Positions 12,108 through 27,553 of a stretch of 64,000 nt of DNA are shown in pieces; position 1 is the stretch's first letter, and each line of letters starts with the position of its first letter. Below the pieces are notes generated by a model. That model was not told the DNA's origin and did no database searches. It saw only the letters and a program-made list of their open reading frames with translations. A program made the translations under genes and the position numbers. This stretch comes from the human T2T-CHM13v2.0 reference genome, Homo sapiens: the NCBI RefSeq assembly GCF_009914755.1, contig NC_060944.1; one strand, 5' to 3'.

Positions 12108-15011
12108 CTGGGGCAAGAGAAGGAGAGGGGAGTGAGCGTCTCACCCTCCCGAGTCCTGGGACACCTCCCTCTGCTTGCACAGCTCCATGGGCAGGCGCCT
12201 GCAGTGTCAGACACCCGGCGGCATGTGACGTGGCCAGGCTTTCAGGCAGCTGCCCACTGGGCCCTGGGCTCAGGCCCACCTCTCTTGGGCAGGCCTGGGA
12301 GCCATCTTCATTCTCTGGCTGTGCCTGGGGCCTTGTCAACCAGCAGGGACAGCAGGGAGGAGGGAAGAGGGCGCCTGGCCACCCATGCAGCCCCGACCCT
12401 GCAGCCTGGAGCAGGTGGAGGAGGGCGCGCAGGTAGGGGGAGGCGCTACTCCCCCTTCTAATCCCTGAACATCCTAGAGGGACAGCACGCGAATATATTT
12501 AGGGCCCCGGCCCCTCTCTACACAGCCACTTTCTCTGCCAAAGCTGGAGGAGTTGGGAGGTGGGGATACAGAAAAGGATTCTGCTTGGCAAAGAGCAGCT
12601 CATTCTGGAGTCTATAGGATGAGCCCAGCCTCATCAGGCCCAGATGCCTTGGGAATCCTCCGCAGGTGGCCCAGCTCTGCTCCGAGCCCCCTTCCCAGTC
12701 CTGGTCATACCCACCCCTGTCTTCCTGCCCTGCCGCCCACAGCCACCAGCAGGACCAAGTCCGGGCCCGCCGAAGCCCCCCAGGCAGGTATGCAGGCACC
12801 TCCTCACGTCTGGGTGGGACGTCCCCCTCTTCACCCCTCCCCACTCCCACCCACCTCACTCTGCCCACTCCTCCTCACCACCCATGCCCTCACAGCATTC
12901 CAGCTCGCTTCAGGAAGAGACACCCTCCTCTGGGGCCTCCCCCACCCGGCTCCCTGACCCACCTGAACCCCCTCCACTCCGCCTCCTCAGCCTCTGCTCC
13001 CAGGCCCTGCCATCCCATCCACGGCCTCCACCCCTCCCCACACCCACCTGTGGAGCACTCCCCACTGGGGCCACGTCCTGGTCTCTCCTCTGCGTTGGAG
13101 GCAGGACGGCCACCTCCCAGCCCAGCCCTCACCCAGCTGACTCCCTACGCGGCTATGGCCACGGCCACCCCCTGGAGATGCCCCTGCCCGTGTCCTCCCT
13201 CTGCCCCAGGCTGGGCCGTGGCCCACATCTTCCAGACTCTTCACCTGCCCTGCCTCTGCCCACCCAGGCTTACTTGGTCCTCCAGATGGGCATCCTTGCC
13301 ACTCTCCTGACCAAACACTCAATGGCTCCCCACTGCCTCCAAAGCAAAAGGATGGCTGACTCCATTGTCCCTCAGGGCTTGGTGATCACCCTACTGCCGA
13401 CTCCCACTTCGTCCAGCCACACTCCTCCCTCCAGAGCTGTCCAGAAGCCCCTCCCTGCACCCCACCAGCCTCTGGTGCCCCCCCACAGGCTAGGCAGGTG
13501 TGAGCTGGTAAAGCCGTGCCTGGCCCCTCTTTGTTCCCTCTGCAGCCCCAGAGGTGCCCCCAAAATGCTGGCAGGAGTGGGGCTCCTGTGAGCCCCCTCC
13601 CTGCAGAGGACAGTCCGCTGTCCAAGTCGGGATGGAGCAGGAACCAGGCAGCTGGTGAGCTGGTGTTGTGGGCGCAGCAGAGCCCAGCCTGGCCGGAGTC
13701 TGTCTGGGGGCCACAGGTGGCTCCCCACCCCTCCTTGATGGGACCCACACGCACGCAGGCCCAGGTGAGAGACACACACGTCAGCCCTCAGAGCCACATA
13801 GGAGGCCATGCCTCGAACACACAGAGCAGCAGCGCCAGGGCAGACAGGCGGGCGGCAGGGCCAGGGCAGGACGGAGCTGTGGGACGAGGGTGCAACAAGG
13901 GGAGGGGGCGGCCCTGGGAGAGAGCAGAGGCTGGGGAGGAGGCAGCCGGCTTCAGCGCCAGCCTCCTGGCCCCAGGGGCAGCAGGGCCTCTGCAGACATT
14001 GGAGATGTCTTATGGCTGAGCATGTCGGGGGCAGAGGAGCCCTGGACCCACCACTGCCCAGCACTGCACCCACTTCCTTTCTGGGAATGGAGAGTCAACA
14101 TTCTAACAGTTCCCAGGAAGGGCAGCCAGGTCTCTCCTCCAGGACGGGTGACTGGCCCCTGGAGGAGTCATCAAGGGCTTCTGTGCAGGAAGCCCTTCTG
14201 GTCTATGTGGGGAGTGGCTGGCCCCAGGCTCTGCAGGGCAGTGTCATCACAGAGCACAAGCCTGCCCACCCGACAGGTAAAGGCCCTTTGTGCTGTATGG
14301 GGGTGAGGCTTCCCATAGCAGCTCAGCGCTCTCCAGTCTGAACAAACAGCCTTGTTTCCTGCTCTCAGCAGTGGGGACAGGGGTGGGACGGCCTGGAGCC
14401 CTGGGGTTCCCCTGTGATGCCAGGGCAAGACTCAGGAGAAACTTGAGTCCAGGGCAGGAGACCCTGAGGCAGACCCCTGAGGCTAGCTGGCCCGCAGAGG
14501 CTGCCCTGTGAGCCACGGTGGGACAAGGACTGTGGCTGGTCTGGGGGTCCTGGCCTGGGAGCACCCTTGGCCCCAGATGGGTGCCCAGCGCCAGGGCAGG
14601 GGAAGCCCCCCATCCATCATTCCTGCTCTGCTCACAGATGGGGCCTGTGGGGTGGGGATGGAGGCACGAGGGGAGCCAGGCCAGAAGCAGGACAGAACGA
14701 GACCACGGGGGACACAGGCGGGCTGGCAACAGGAAGCAGCGGCTGGGGGGAGGCAGGACGAGAAGGGTGGATGGGCCCTGGGAGGGCAGGGTTGGCACGT
14801 GGGCTCCAGGCAGGGGAGGGCCCAGGGTGATCTGGCCGCCCAGCATGGGGCCACGCAGGGCAGGGGGCATAGGGATGCTCGGTGGGCAGGGACAGTGGTC
14901 ACTCTGCAGACCGGGTGGGCCACGGGGCTCCAGGGGCTTGCCCGGTCACAGTTCCAGACACAGAACTAGAACCACACACACACACAGGGCTTCTGTCCAT
15001 GCATTTCCTAC

Positions 15012-15041
15012 CTGGAGGCCCCGTAGGTTTGAGTTTGCGAA
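15012..15041 (-). CDS. KCNQ2: KCNQ2 exon 9, 30-nt cassette microexon
   Basis: TTCGCAAACTCAAACCTACGGGGCCTCCAG = (S)SQTQTYGAS(R); aag / gtagga boundaries. Confidence 0.95.
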
Positions 15042-15517
15042 CTTTCAAGTGTTTCCACACACACAAAGGGAAAAGAACGGAAAATTTCAAAAAGAACGGG
15101 ATAAGAAAAAGAAAATGAAACAAATAGTTGAGGAAAGTAGGGGAAACAACAGAACAAAGAAAATTAGCACAAGGGCTGGTTCTGTCCCTGCCCTGGGCTG
15201 AGAGAGGTCACTTTGCAGAAACAAGGGCATGGCCGACATTCCCAGGAAAGACAAGCAGGGCCAGGCTCCTAAGGTCGGGCTTCCAGGAGGTGCAGGGGGG
15301 ATGGTGCTGAGGGAGGGGTTGGGGCAGACCCCAGAGGGCGACTGCAAACATCGAGGACCGCCAAGGGCTCTGGCATCCTCCTCCCAAGTGACACCCTGAA
15401 AAGGCAGGTAGCAACTGAGGACTGCCGCGGGTCTGTCCACCCTGGCCAACTCAGGATCCTCAAGAAGAATCCTGGGCCCCACCCCAGCTTAGAATTCCCA
15501 GCCACACTGTGCACCTG

Positions 15518-16583
15518 CCCCACCCTCAGGGAAGGCCCCACCCTCAGGGAAAGCCCCGCCCACAGGGAAGGCCCCACCCTCAGGGAAGGCCCCACCCTCA
15601 GGGAAGGCTCCACCCTCAGGGTAGGATCCACCCACAGGGAAGGCCCCACCCGCAGGGAAGGCCCCACCCTCAGGGAAGGCCCCATCCACAGGGAAGGCTC
15701 CACCCTCAGGGAAGGATCCACCCACAGGGAAGACTCCACCCACAGGGAAGGCCCCACCCACAGGGAAGGCCCCACCCTCAGGGAAGGCCCCACCCTCAGG
15801 GAAGGATCCACCCACAGGGAAGGCCCCACCCTCAGGGAAGGCCACACCCACAGGGAAGGCTCCACCCTCTGGGAAGGATCCACCCACAGGGAAGGCTCCA
15901 CCCACAGGGAAGGATCCACCCACAGGGAAGGCCCCAGCCTCTGGGAAGTCCCCACCCTCAGGGAAGGCTCCACCCACAGAGAAGGCTCCACCCTCTGGGA
16001 AGGCTCCACCCTCAGGGAAGGATCCACCCACAGGGAAGGCTCCACCCTCTGGGAAGGCCCCACCCACAGGGAAGGCCCCACCCTCAGGGAAGGCCCCACC
16101 CTCAGGGAAGGATCCACCCACAGGGAAGGCTCCACCCACAGGGAAGGCTCCACCCTCTGGGAAGGCTCCACCCTCAGGGAAGGATCCACCCACAGGGAAG
16201 GCTCCACCCTCTGGGAAGGCCCCACCCTCAGGGAAGGCTCCACCCTCAGGGAAGGATCCACCCACAGGGAAGGCTCCACCCACAGGGAAGGCTCCACCCT
16301 CTGGGAAGGCCCCACCCTCAGGGAAGGATCCACCCACAGAGAAGGCCCCACCCTCAGGGAAGGCCCCACCCTCTGGGAAGGCCCCACCCTCAGGGAAGGC
16401 TCCACCCTCAGGGAAGGCTCCACCCACAGGGAAGGCTCCACCCTCAGGGAAGGCCCCACCCTCAGGGAAGGCCCCACCCTCAGGGAAGGCTCCACCCTCT
16501 GGGAAGGCCCCACCCCCAGGGAAGGATCCACCCTCAGGGAAGGCTCCACCCACAGGGAAGGCCCCACCCTTAGGGAAGGCTCC
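15518..16583. repeat. 18-bp VNTR (CCACCCTCAGGGAAGGCC), about 59 units, intron 8
   Basis: Direct tandem units with variants at two positions. Confidence 0.97.
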
Positions 16584-17416
16584 AGGGGACAGAAACCCCC
16601 TAGGAGCAGGTGACGGGGGGCGCGGGAGCTGGGAAGTCCCGGGGCTCAGTTCCCCACCTCAGAGCAGAGGGCGGGCGGGCAAGGTGGTGCCCACACAGAC
16701 GGACTCGAGGGGTCAGGCCCGCGTGGACCAGGAGAAAGGCCCTCAGAACCCCTCATCTCAGACCTTAATTTAAGCAAGAGCCAGGCAACGAAAATCCCAG
16801 CTGGCTGCCACCTGCCCTTTTGTAAAACAAAAAAACACGGGAAAGCCGCCCTCCGACCACACAGGCTCACAGGACCTGCTAGCACTGCCTCGACAGGCAC
16901 TTTCTAGGCCCCCTTCTCTGCTGCCCGAGGGGCTCCAAGGTTGTCTGTGTGCTCTGTCCTGTTGGGGAACACCTGGGACCCCCAGGATAATTTGAGTTTC
17001 CTGGTCTGAAAGTCTCACTGTGATCCGGGGTTACTTTCCTGCCCCCCACGCCGGAGCCCTAGGTCCTTGATGGGGGACGGGGTCATGGTACTGGTTCCAC
17101 TCTTGAAGCTTGGGCACCTCGAGCTGCCGGTCCAGAGCAGCCCGGGGAGCAGCTGTCGGTCCAGAGCAGCCCGGGGCGGGGGGCATTTACCTTGAGCTCC
17201 CTGGGGAGCGTCCTTGCAACGCACAAAACACAGCACGACCCACGGCCAGGACGATAAAGCAAAGGGGTGAGGAAATGAAAGTGAAGAGAAAGCCGCAGCT
17301 CTAACACAAAGGGCAGAAGCAACGCCTCGAAATAAACCACACACAGAACTCCTTTGTGAAAAATACATTTTAAAGAAAAAAAATCAATCAAAATAATGAA
17401 CAACAAAAAGTGGGGT

Positions 17417-17743
<327 letters not shown>

Positions 17744-18104
17744 TCAGTTTACCCTCTGTAGGACAGACAGGCAAGCCCGCTTGTCAGACGGTGGGGCCTG
17801 AAGGAGGGGAGCGGTTGGGGCTTGACTCGGGGCCCTGAGCGAGCTCGCAGGGAGGCTGTGTTCTTTCCTTTTCATGACTCTTACCTGGCCCCTGGCGGGT
17901 ATCACCTGTCCTGGGGGTTACCTTCCTGACCTCCTGGTTGGGCCCTGGGCAACCTGAGGCGCTGGGAGTATGGGTAGGGCCAGGGACCTCAGCCTCCAAC
18001 CTCCCAGGGCGGGGACTCAGCCCGGCTCGGGGCATGAGCCTGTACGTCAGACTGAACCTCGCCTGGCTGGATTTCCGTTCTCTATGCCTTTGTTTTGTTT
18101 TGCG

Positions 18105-18790
18105 GTGCTGAAATAGACATATCCTGAAGTTCACCATGTTAGCCATGTTAAAGCGTGCACTTCAGTAGCGCCTGCACACACAGTGCTGTGCGACCACTGC
18201 CCCTATCTAACTCCACACCTCTTCGTCGCCCCCAAATAAACCCCCTCCTACCCCCGACGTTCAGCAGGCGCTCCTGGTTCCTGGTCCCCCAGGCCCTGGC
18301 CACCGCCAGGGTGTACGGGGCTCCACGGACTTCCCCGCCCCGGGCATTTCCTGCCAAGGGCATCGCAAGCTGCACGGCCTTCCCCGTCTGGCTCCCTCCA
18401 CTGAGCGTGACGTCCCCGCGGCCCATCCGCGTCGTAGCAAGGGGCAGCGCCCGCTCCTCCTGATAGGAGGATCGTATGGATAAATCACATTCCGTTCATC
18501 CATTAATAGACATTTCAGCTGTTTCCACTTTTTGGTTCCTATGAGTGGTGCTGCTGTGAAATTTGTGTGCACGTTTTTGGTTGAAGGTCTGTTTTCAATT
18601 CTTTTGTGTCTGTCTATACCTAGAGGTAGAATGGCCGGGTCACGTGACAACTCCACGTTTACGAACTTTCTGAGAAACAACCGAACTGCTTTCCAGGGTG
18701 ACTGCATCGCTACATTCCTACCAGCAGGGGGGGCGGTGTCCACACATCCTCACTACGCTGATTTGCCATTTGCTAACATGTCAGCCGCCC
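18105..18790 (-). mobile_element. Old L1 (L1M) 3' fragment
   Basis: Minus-strand translation SPWKAVRLFLRK...DPAILPLGI...KWKQLKCLLMDE resembles the L1 ORF2 C-terminus. Confidence 0.8.
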
Positions 18791-18791
18791 T

Positions 18792-19079
18792 GGCCTGGCG
18801 CAGAGGCTCACAACACCTTGGAGGCTGAAGCAGGTGGATCGCCTGAGCCCAGGAGTTCAAGCCCAGCCTGGGAAACATGGCAAAACCCTGCCTTTACTTA
18901 AAACAAAAAATTAGCCAGATATGGTGGTGCACACCTGTAGTCCCAGTTACTCAGGAGGCTAAGGTGGGAGGATCGCTTGAACCTGGCAGGTCGAGGCTGC
19001 AGTGAGCCAAGATCACACAACTGCACTCCAGCCTGGGCAAGAGAGCAAGTCCCTATCTCAACAACAACAAAAAAAAAAA
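18792..19079 (+). mobile_element. Alu (AluJ-like)
   Basis: Diverged dimer with A tail. Confidence 0.9.
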
Positions 19080-19922
19080 GTTGGCCATCCTAACGTGGAG
19101 CCTGAAGACGGGACTGAACTGCTGCCATCTCAGGATAAAACTCTAACAGGTGAGGAGCAGCATTTATGGATGAGCAAAGTAAGTGGTTTCTTGGGATGGA
19201 CGGTGAACACTGCAGACAGCAGGGTAAGGTCACTTCTGTCAGGTCCAAACCAACCGAGGCCAGAGAGTACACGGCGGCAGGGCTCACGCCTGCATGGCTG
19301 AGATGAGGACAGTGTCAAAGACATTCTAAAATAACCCCACAAGGAATTCCTTATCAGGAATGCAGCAATTCAGACAAGATGCTCTAGGAAGAACACTGGC
19401 CCAGCAGCGGCATCTCAACCAGTGAACGGCTGCCAACTCTGGTTTTCAGCCTCAGAGCCAGTGAACTCTGTTTCCAAGCAGCTTATGTGAACTTCTCAGC
19501 CAGGGAGAGCTTCCCTGCCCCTCCCTCTCCGGCACATGGGTGGCTCGCCACACTGGCTCATCTCTCGAGAGTCCCCCACCCTCTGGCCACAGTGGTTCAT
19601 CTCTGGTTATAATCCTTTCTTCTAATTCCCAAATACATTTGACATGTGTGTGGTTTCTTTTTTTTTTTTTTTGGTCGACAGAATCTACTCCAGGCAAAGA
19701 TGTTGTGAACTGTGTTGAAATGACAAGGAATGAGAACATTATATAAACTTAGTTGATACAGCAGTGGCAGCATTTGAGAGGACTGACTGCGATGCTGAAA
19801 GGAGGTCCACTGGGTAAAACGCTATCCAACAGAATCGCATGCTGCAGAGAAATCTTTCGTGAAAGGAAGAGTGAATCGATGCGGCAAACCTCATTCTTGC
19901 CTTATTTTAAGAAATCACCACA

Positions 19923-20342
<420 letters not shown>

Positions 20343-20446
20343 TTAGCAATTAAGTATTTGTAAGTGAAAGTACGTGCAGTGTTTTACTGTTTTTTAGACA
20401 TAATGCTACTGCACACTTAGTAAGCTATGGCATGGTATAAACATAA

Positions 20447-20750
<304 letters not shown>

Positions 20751-21169
20751 TGTAAACATAACTTCCATATGCACTGGGAAACCACGAAATTTGTGTGACT
20801 CGCTTTATTGCCGTATCTCTACCGTAGTGGTCTGGAACCACGGCTGCAGGTCCTCTGAGGTGCGCCTGTGGAGAGGCCCAGCTGTGCTCTGGAAATGTGC
20901 ACCAGCTGCTAAGAGTGACCTTCGAGGGAAGCAGGGCGCATGGGACCCTGGGTGCTCAGACGCTGCTTTTTCTGGCACTATTGTAACCTTTTCACCACAC
21001 GTACGTGGTCACTTTTTAAACCGTCAATAGTGGAGTGAGATTTGGGGGCATTTTGGTTCTTCTTAAAACTCTTGCCTGGAAATAAATAGCTGTTTGTAGT
21101 TTTTATAGTGGAAGATAAATACACACCTTAAGGTAGGCTGGACCCAGAGCCAAGACCACAAGAGGCACA

Positions 21170-21779
<610 letters not shown>

Positions 21780-22110
21780 ATTGTCTGTCCGTATTTTCAA
21801 GGTGGCTCAGGAATTACTTGTGGATGCCACAGTGGTCACTGCACGCTACCCACCCCCAAATGGTGGGACGGCACTGGGTGGGGTCCGGGCGGGCATCATG
21901 GGGGCCCACAGCCAGCATCAGGGGTCAGACGAGGTCAGGCACTGACTCACTGCAGTGTGTGGGCTCTAGGAGCCTTGGCCCTGCAGCTGCAGAACGGGTG
22001 TGCTCACCTCCCAGGGTGCGGTAGAGAGGACCTGATGGCCGGGCCCCAGCACCCACACAAGGCAAGGGCCACCCCAGCGTCCTCACACGAGCCACCCCTG
22101 TGCAGCCTCA

Positions 22111-22660
<550 letters not shown>

Positions 22661-23182
22661 CACAATTTGTCAGCATCAAGAGGAAGGAACCCTCTGGCTT
22701 GCAGGAGACATGGCAGGACCCACACTGAACTCAGAGTGGCCTCTTTCCCTTCCACACAGAAGAGTCTGCAGGCCCATCTTGAAGGGCACACAGTGAAGGG
22801 GACACCGGGGCCAGCCTCTTGCCGTGCACCAGCTGCCCTGCCCTGCCCTGCCCTGGGGCAACAAGGGTTGACAGGGCCCCTCCACCTCCCTCTGAGCTGG
22901 GTGGGCCTCACTGCCTAGAGACCCATGAGGGACCTGTGTCACCAGCCGCCCTGCTCCTGGTCACAAGGACCTCCTGCTCAGCCCCACTCAGACTAAGAGG
23001 GGCCACCAGTGACTAACAGAGCCCCCTGAAGCTACAGCCGCAGCCTTGGGCATGCTCCTGTCGGGGCTGGGGAACCCCCACTCCAGTCCTTGGGGAACAA
23101 GGCCTCTGACCCTGAGCTGCCACCTCCAGCTCCTGGGGGCTGTGGACCTGCTGAGAGCTGCTCCTGCCCCAGGTCCCACCTA

Positions 23183-23401
<219 letters not shown>

Positions 23402-24010
23402 TCACACGAAGGGCCTGCTCACACCCCTGAGGGCAGGCTGGACGCCCGCTGGCGACTCGGGGCTTGGGATGGGACAGATGCGGGGCCACCCCCGTGTCAC
23501 CATCCACACGGAGGCCCAGTGAGGCCAGGGTCGGTGTCGGCCGCCCCTCATCCCCTGAGCCCTCTCTCCTCTTCCCCTACAGGCCAGAAGCGGGGTCCAG
23601 CCAAAGGCTGTGTCCCCATCTCACATCGAGAACCAGAGGCCCAGCGACGTGACTCCCACGAGGCTCGGCTAGGACAGCAGCCCCCACTGCATCCCCGCCA
23701 GGTGAAGAGTGCAGCTGGGGAGAAGGGAGTGCCCAGAGGGACCCAGAGGAACGGGCAGGGCGTGCAGGGGGCTCGCTGAGCCTGAGCTGAGCTGAGGCCA
23801 GAGGAGAGGGGTGGGCAGGAGGAGGCCACCACAAGAGGCGGGGGAGTGGTCTCCACCGAGCCATGGCGGGGTGGGCTGCTCCTGGAGCAGGGACCCCAGG
23901 GGTTGTGCTTAGTTTCTCTAGGGGTGGTGGGCAAGGGGGAGGTCAGGCCAGGTTGGACCTCCCCAAGGGTCCCGGTAAGCCCAGGAGCACCCGACTCGGG
24001 GCCTGGATGA

Positions 24011-24937
<927 letters not shown>

Positions 24938-25036
24938 AGGAGGCATGTTTTTTAAGACTACTGCCATTCTCAACTTAACCACAGGACAGCAAGGGTTGAG
25001 GGGGAAGGCGGAAAACCAGGAGGGAGAGGATGGGGA

Positions 25037-25553
25037 CTGAGACAGAGATAGAGACAGAGACAGAGAGATAGAGAGACAGAGACAGAGAGATAGAGATAGA
25101 GAGACAGAGACAAAGGCAGAGATAGAGACAGAGAGATAAAGAGACAGAGAGATAGAAAAACAGAGACAGATAGAGACAGAGAGACAGAGAGACAGAGACA
25201 GAGAGATGGAGACAGAGATAGAAATACAGAGACTGAGAGACAAAAACAGAGCAATAGAGAGAAATAGAGACAGAGATAGAGACAGAAAAATAGATACTGA
25301 GAGAGAGAGACAGAGATAGAGAGATAGAGATAGAGAGAAATAGATACAGAGATAGAGAGACAGAGAGAGACAGAGACAGAGAGATACACAGGGACAGAGA
25401 CAGAGACAGAGAGATACACAGAGACAGAGAGAGACAGAGACAGAGACAGAGAAAGAGACAGAGACAGATATGCAAAGAGATAGAGAAACAGAAACAGAGA
25501 TAAAGACAGAGACAGAGAGATACACAGAGACAGAGAGATACAGACAGAGAGAT
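25037..25553. repeat. (GAGACA/GAGATA)n GA-rich simple repeat, intron 5
   Basis: Seen directly. Confidence 0.95.
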
Positions 25554-25555
25554 AT

Positions 25556-25853
25556 GGACCTGGCACAGTGGCTCACGCCTGTAATCCCAGCACTTTGGGA
25601 GGCCAAGGCTGGTGGATCGCTTGAGCCCAGGAGTTCAAGACCAGCCTGGCCAACATGGTGAAACCCTGTCTCTACTAAAAATACAAAAATTAGCCAGGTG
25701 TGGTGGTGCATGCCTGTAATCCCAGCTACTCAGGAGGCTGGGGCAGGAGAATCACTTGAGCCCGGGAGGTTGAGTCTGCAGTGAGCTTTGACTGCACCAT
25801 TGCACTCCAGCCTGGATGATAGAGCAAGATCCTGCCTCAAAAAAAAAAGAAAA
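25556..25853 (+). mobile_element. Alu (older S/J-like)
   Basis: Full dimer with A tail. Confidence 0.93.
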
Positions 25854-27412
25854 GAGAGAGAGAGAGACAGAGAGACAGAGATGGCAGAGAGACGGGCGGG
25901 GAAGTGAGACATGGACCCTGGCCAGAATGTTGTAGGGGACAGGGGAGTCGAAAGAAGCCAGAGAATCTCGGAGCAGCTTCTGAGCCCGGGTCCCACTGAG
26001 GGCCAAGTCTGTGGAAGGGGGCCAGGCCCTGCACCCCTCCCCAGGGGGGTCAGATGGATGGGACACTTTCACACACAGCTCTCCAAAAATTTCTGCCCCT
26101 GAAATGTTCTCAGCTAGACATCCGAACTGCTCCTTCAAAGTGGAGGCCAACTCAAGGAAAAGGAAGCCGGAGGCCTGGCAGATGGGGCCTGGCCTGCGGG
26201 GGAGGTGAGGGCGGGGTTCCCCCCACACTGCTGAAAACCCCCAAAGGCTGCAAGAAAGGGAAACTGGGGGTAGATCTCATCCCAGTAGGAGGTACACAGT
26301 CAGCGCGTTTGAATCAGGAAATACCAGCATCCCTATTTGCTATTTAAGACTAATCAGGTAAACCCCAAAGAAAAACACAGAAGCAGCCGCATCCGCTGCA
26401 GAGGGACCCAGAGGGGAGGGCACCGCGGCCACAGAGTGGGGCTCTATTCTCACCATAAGGCTTAGTAACTCTCTGACATTTAAAAATATACACAAGCATT
26501 ACTCTGAAAAAACACCCAATCGTAAAGATAAGAAGGCTGTTGCCCACAAAAGACCTGGGGGATGGGCTTGTCCCCATCAAAAGTCCTAGGGCCCAGCAGT
26601 CACAGCTCAGGACGCCCCGGGCCCCACCCTGACCCTGTGGTGGGGCCTGAACCACACAAGATGGCTCAGTGAGTCCAGGTCATCTGTATGGTCCACAGCC
26701 TGGGCCCCAGGGCACGCTCAGCTCTCAACCCCCACCCAAGCCCCGACTGGGAAGACAGTGTCCAGGTCTCATGAAATTAATAAAATAACTTCGGATCAGC
26801 TGCATCCGGCTTAGGCACCAGGTGGAGCTGCCCATGCCTTCCCCGCAGGGCTGAGCCCACTCAGCCGGCATGTGCGGGGCTAGGCCCAGGGTCTGGTCTC
26901 AGCCTCCCAGGAGAGCACAGACCCTGCCCCTGTGCACCAGCAGCCTGAGGGTGTCTGTGGCCCCAGGTGAGGAGGAGCCCAGGGGCCAGATCTGTTCAGA
27001 CCTGATCAGAGTGGGGCCTGCAGAGCCACCTAGTCTCCAAAAACTCAGGGCTGCCCAGGACAGATCTCCTAGGGATGCCTCTTCTCCCCTTTCCCCCAAT
27101 AATCGGGACACGGAGCAGGTGGAGGGTCACTCAGGAGGAAGGAAGATGCCCACCACGGCTGAGCTCAGGAGGAAGGAAGATGCCCACCACGGCTGAGCTC
27201 AGGCTCTCTGGGGCCCAGCCCTCCCCACCCACTCCCCCGCCAGCTTGGCAACCACCACCCCGCCTCGACCACAAGCCATCATGACCACGGGCAGCCAGCA
27301 GGTGGCCCCAAAGAGATGTATGGAGCAGGCTCAGCCAGTGAGAGCCTGGTCCCAGCACAGGGACAGGGGTGTATCAGCAGGGAAAGGGAAAACCACAATG
27401 ACCACAACTCAC

Positions 27413-27538
27413 CAGGCCCCACCAGAGTGCATCCGCGTAGGTGTCAAAGTGGTCGTTCTCCCCCTTCTCTGCCAAGTACACCAGGAACGAGGCCAGGATG
27501 AGACAAAGGAAGCCGATGTACCAGGCAGTGACCAGCTC
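27413..27538 (-). CDS. KCNQ2: KCNQ2 exon 5 (126 nt), S5 (includes W236), turret and pore helix
   Basis: [42 protein letters not shown]; cag / gtgagt boundaries. Confidence 0.99.
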
Positions 27539-27553
27539 CTGAGAGGCAGACGG

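Noticed and set aside
15269-16573. 354-432-aa hexapeptide-repeat ORFs on both strands
   Set aside because: Artefact of an 18-bp stop-poor unit
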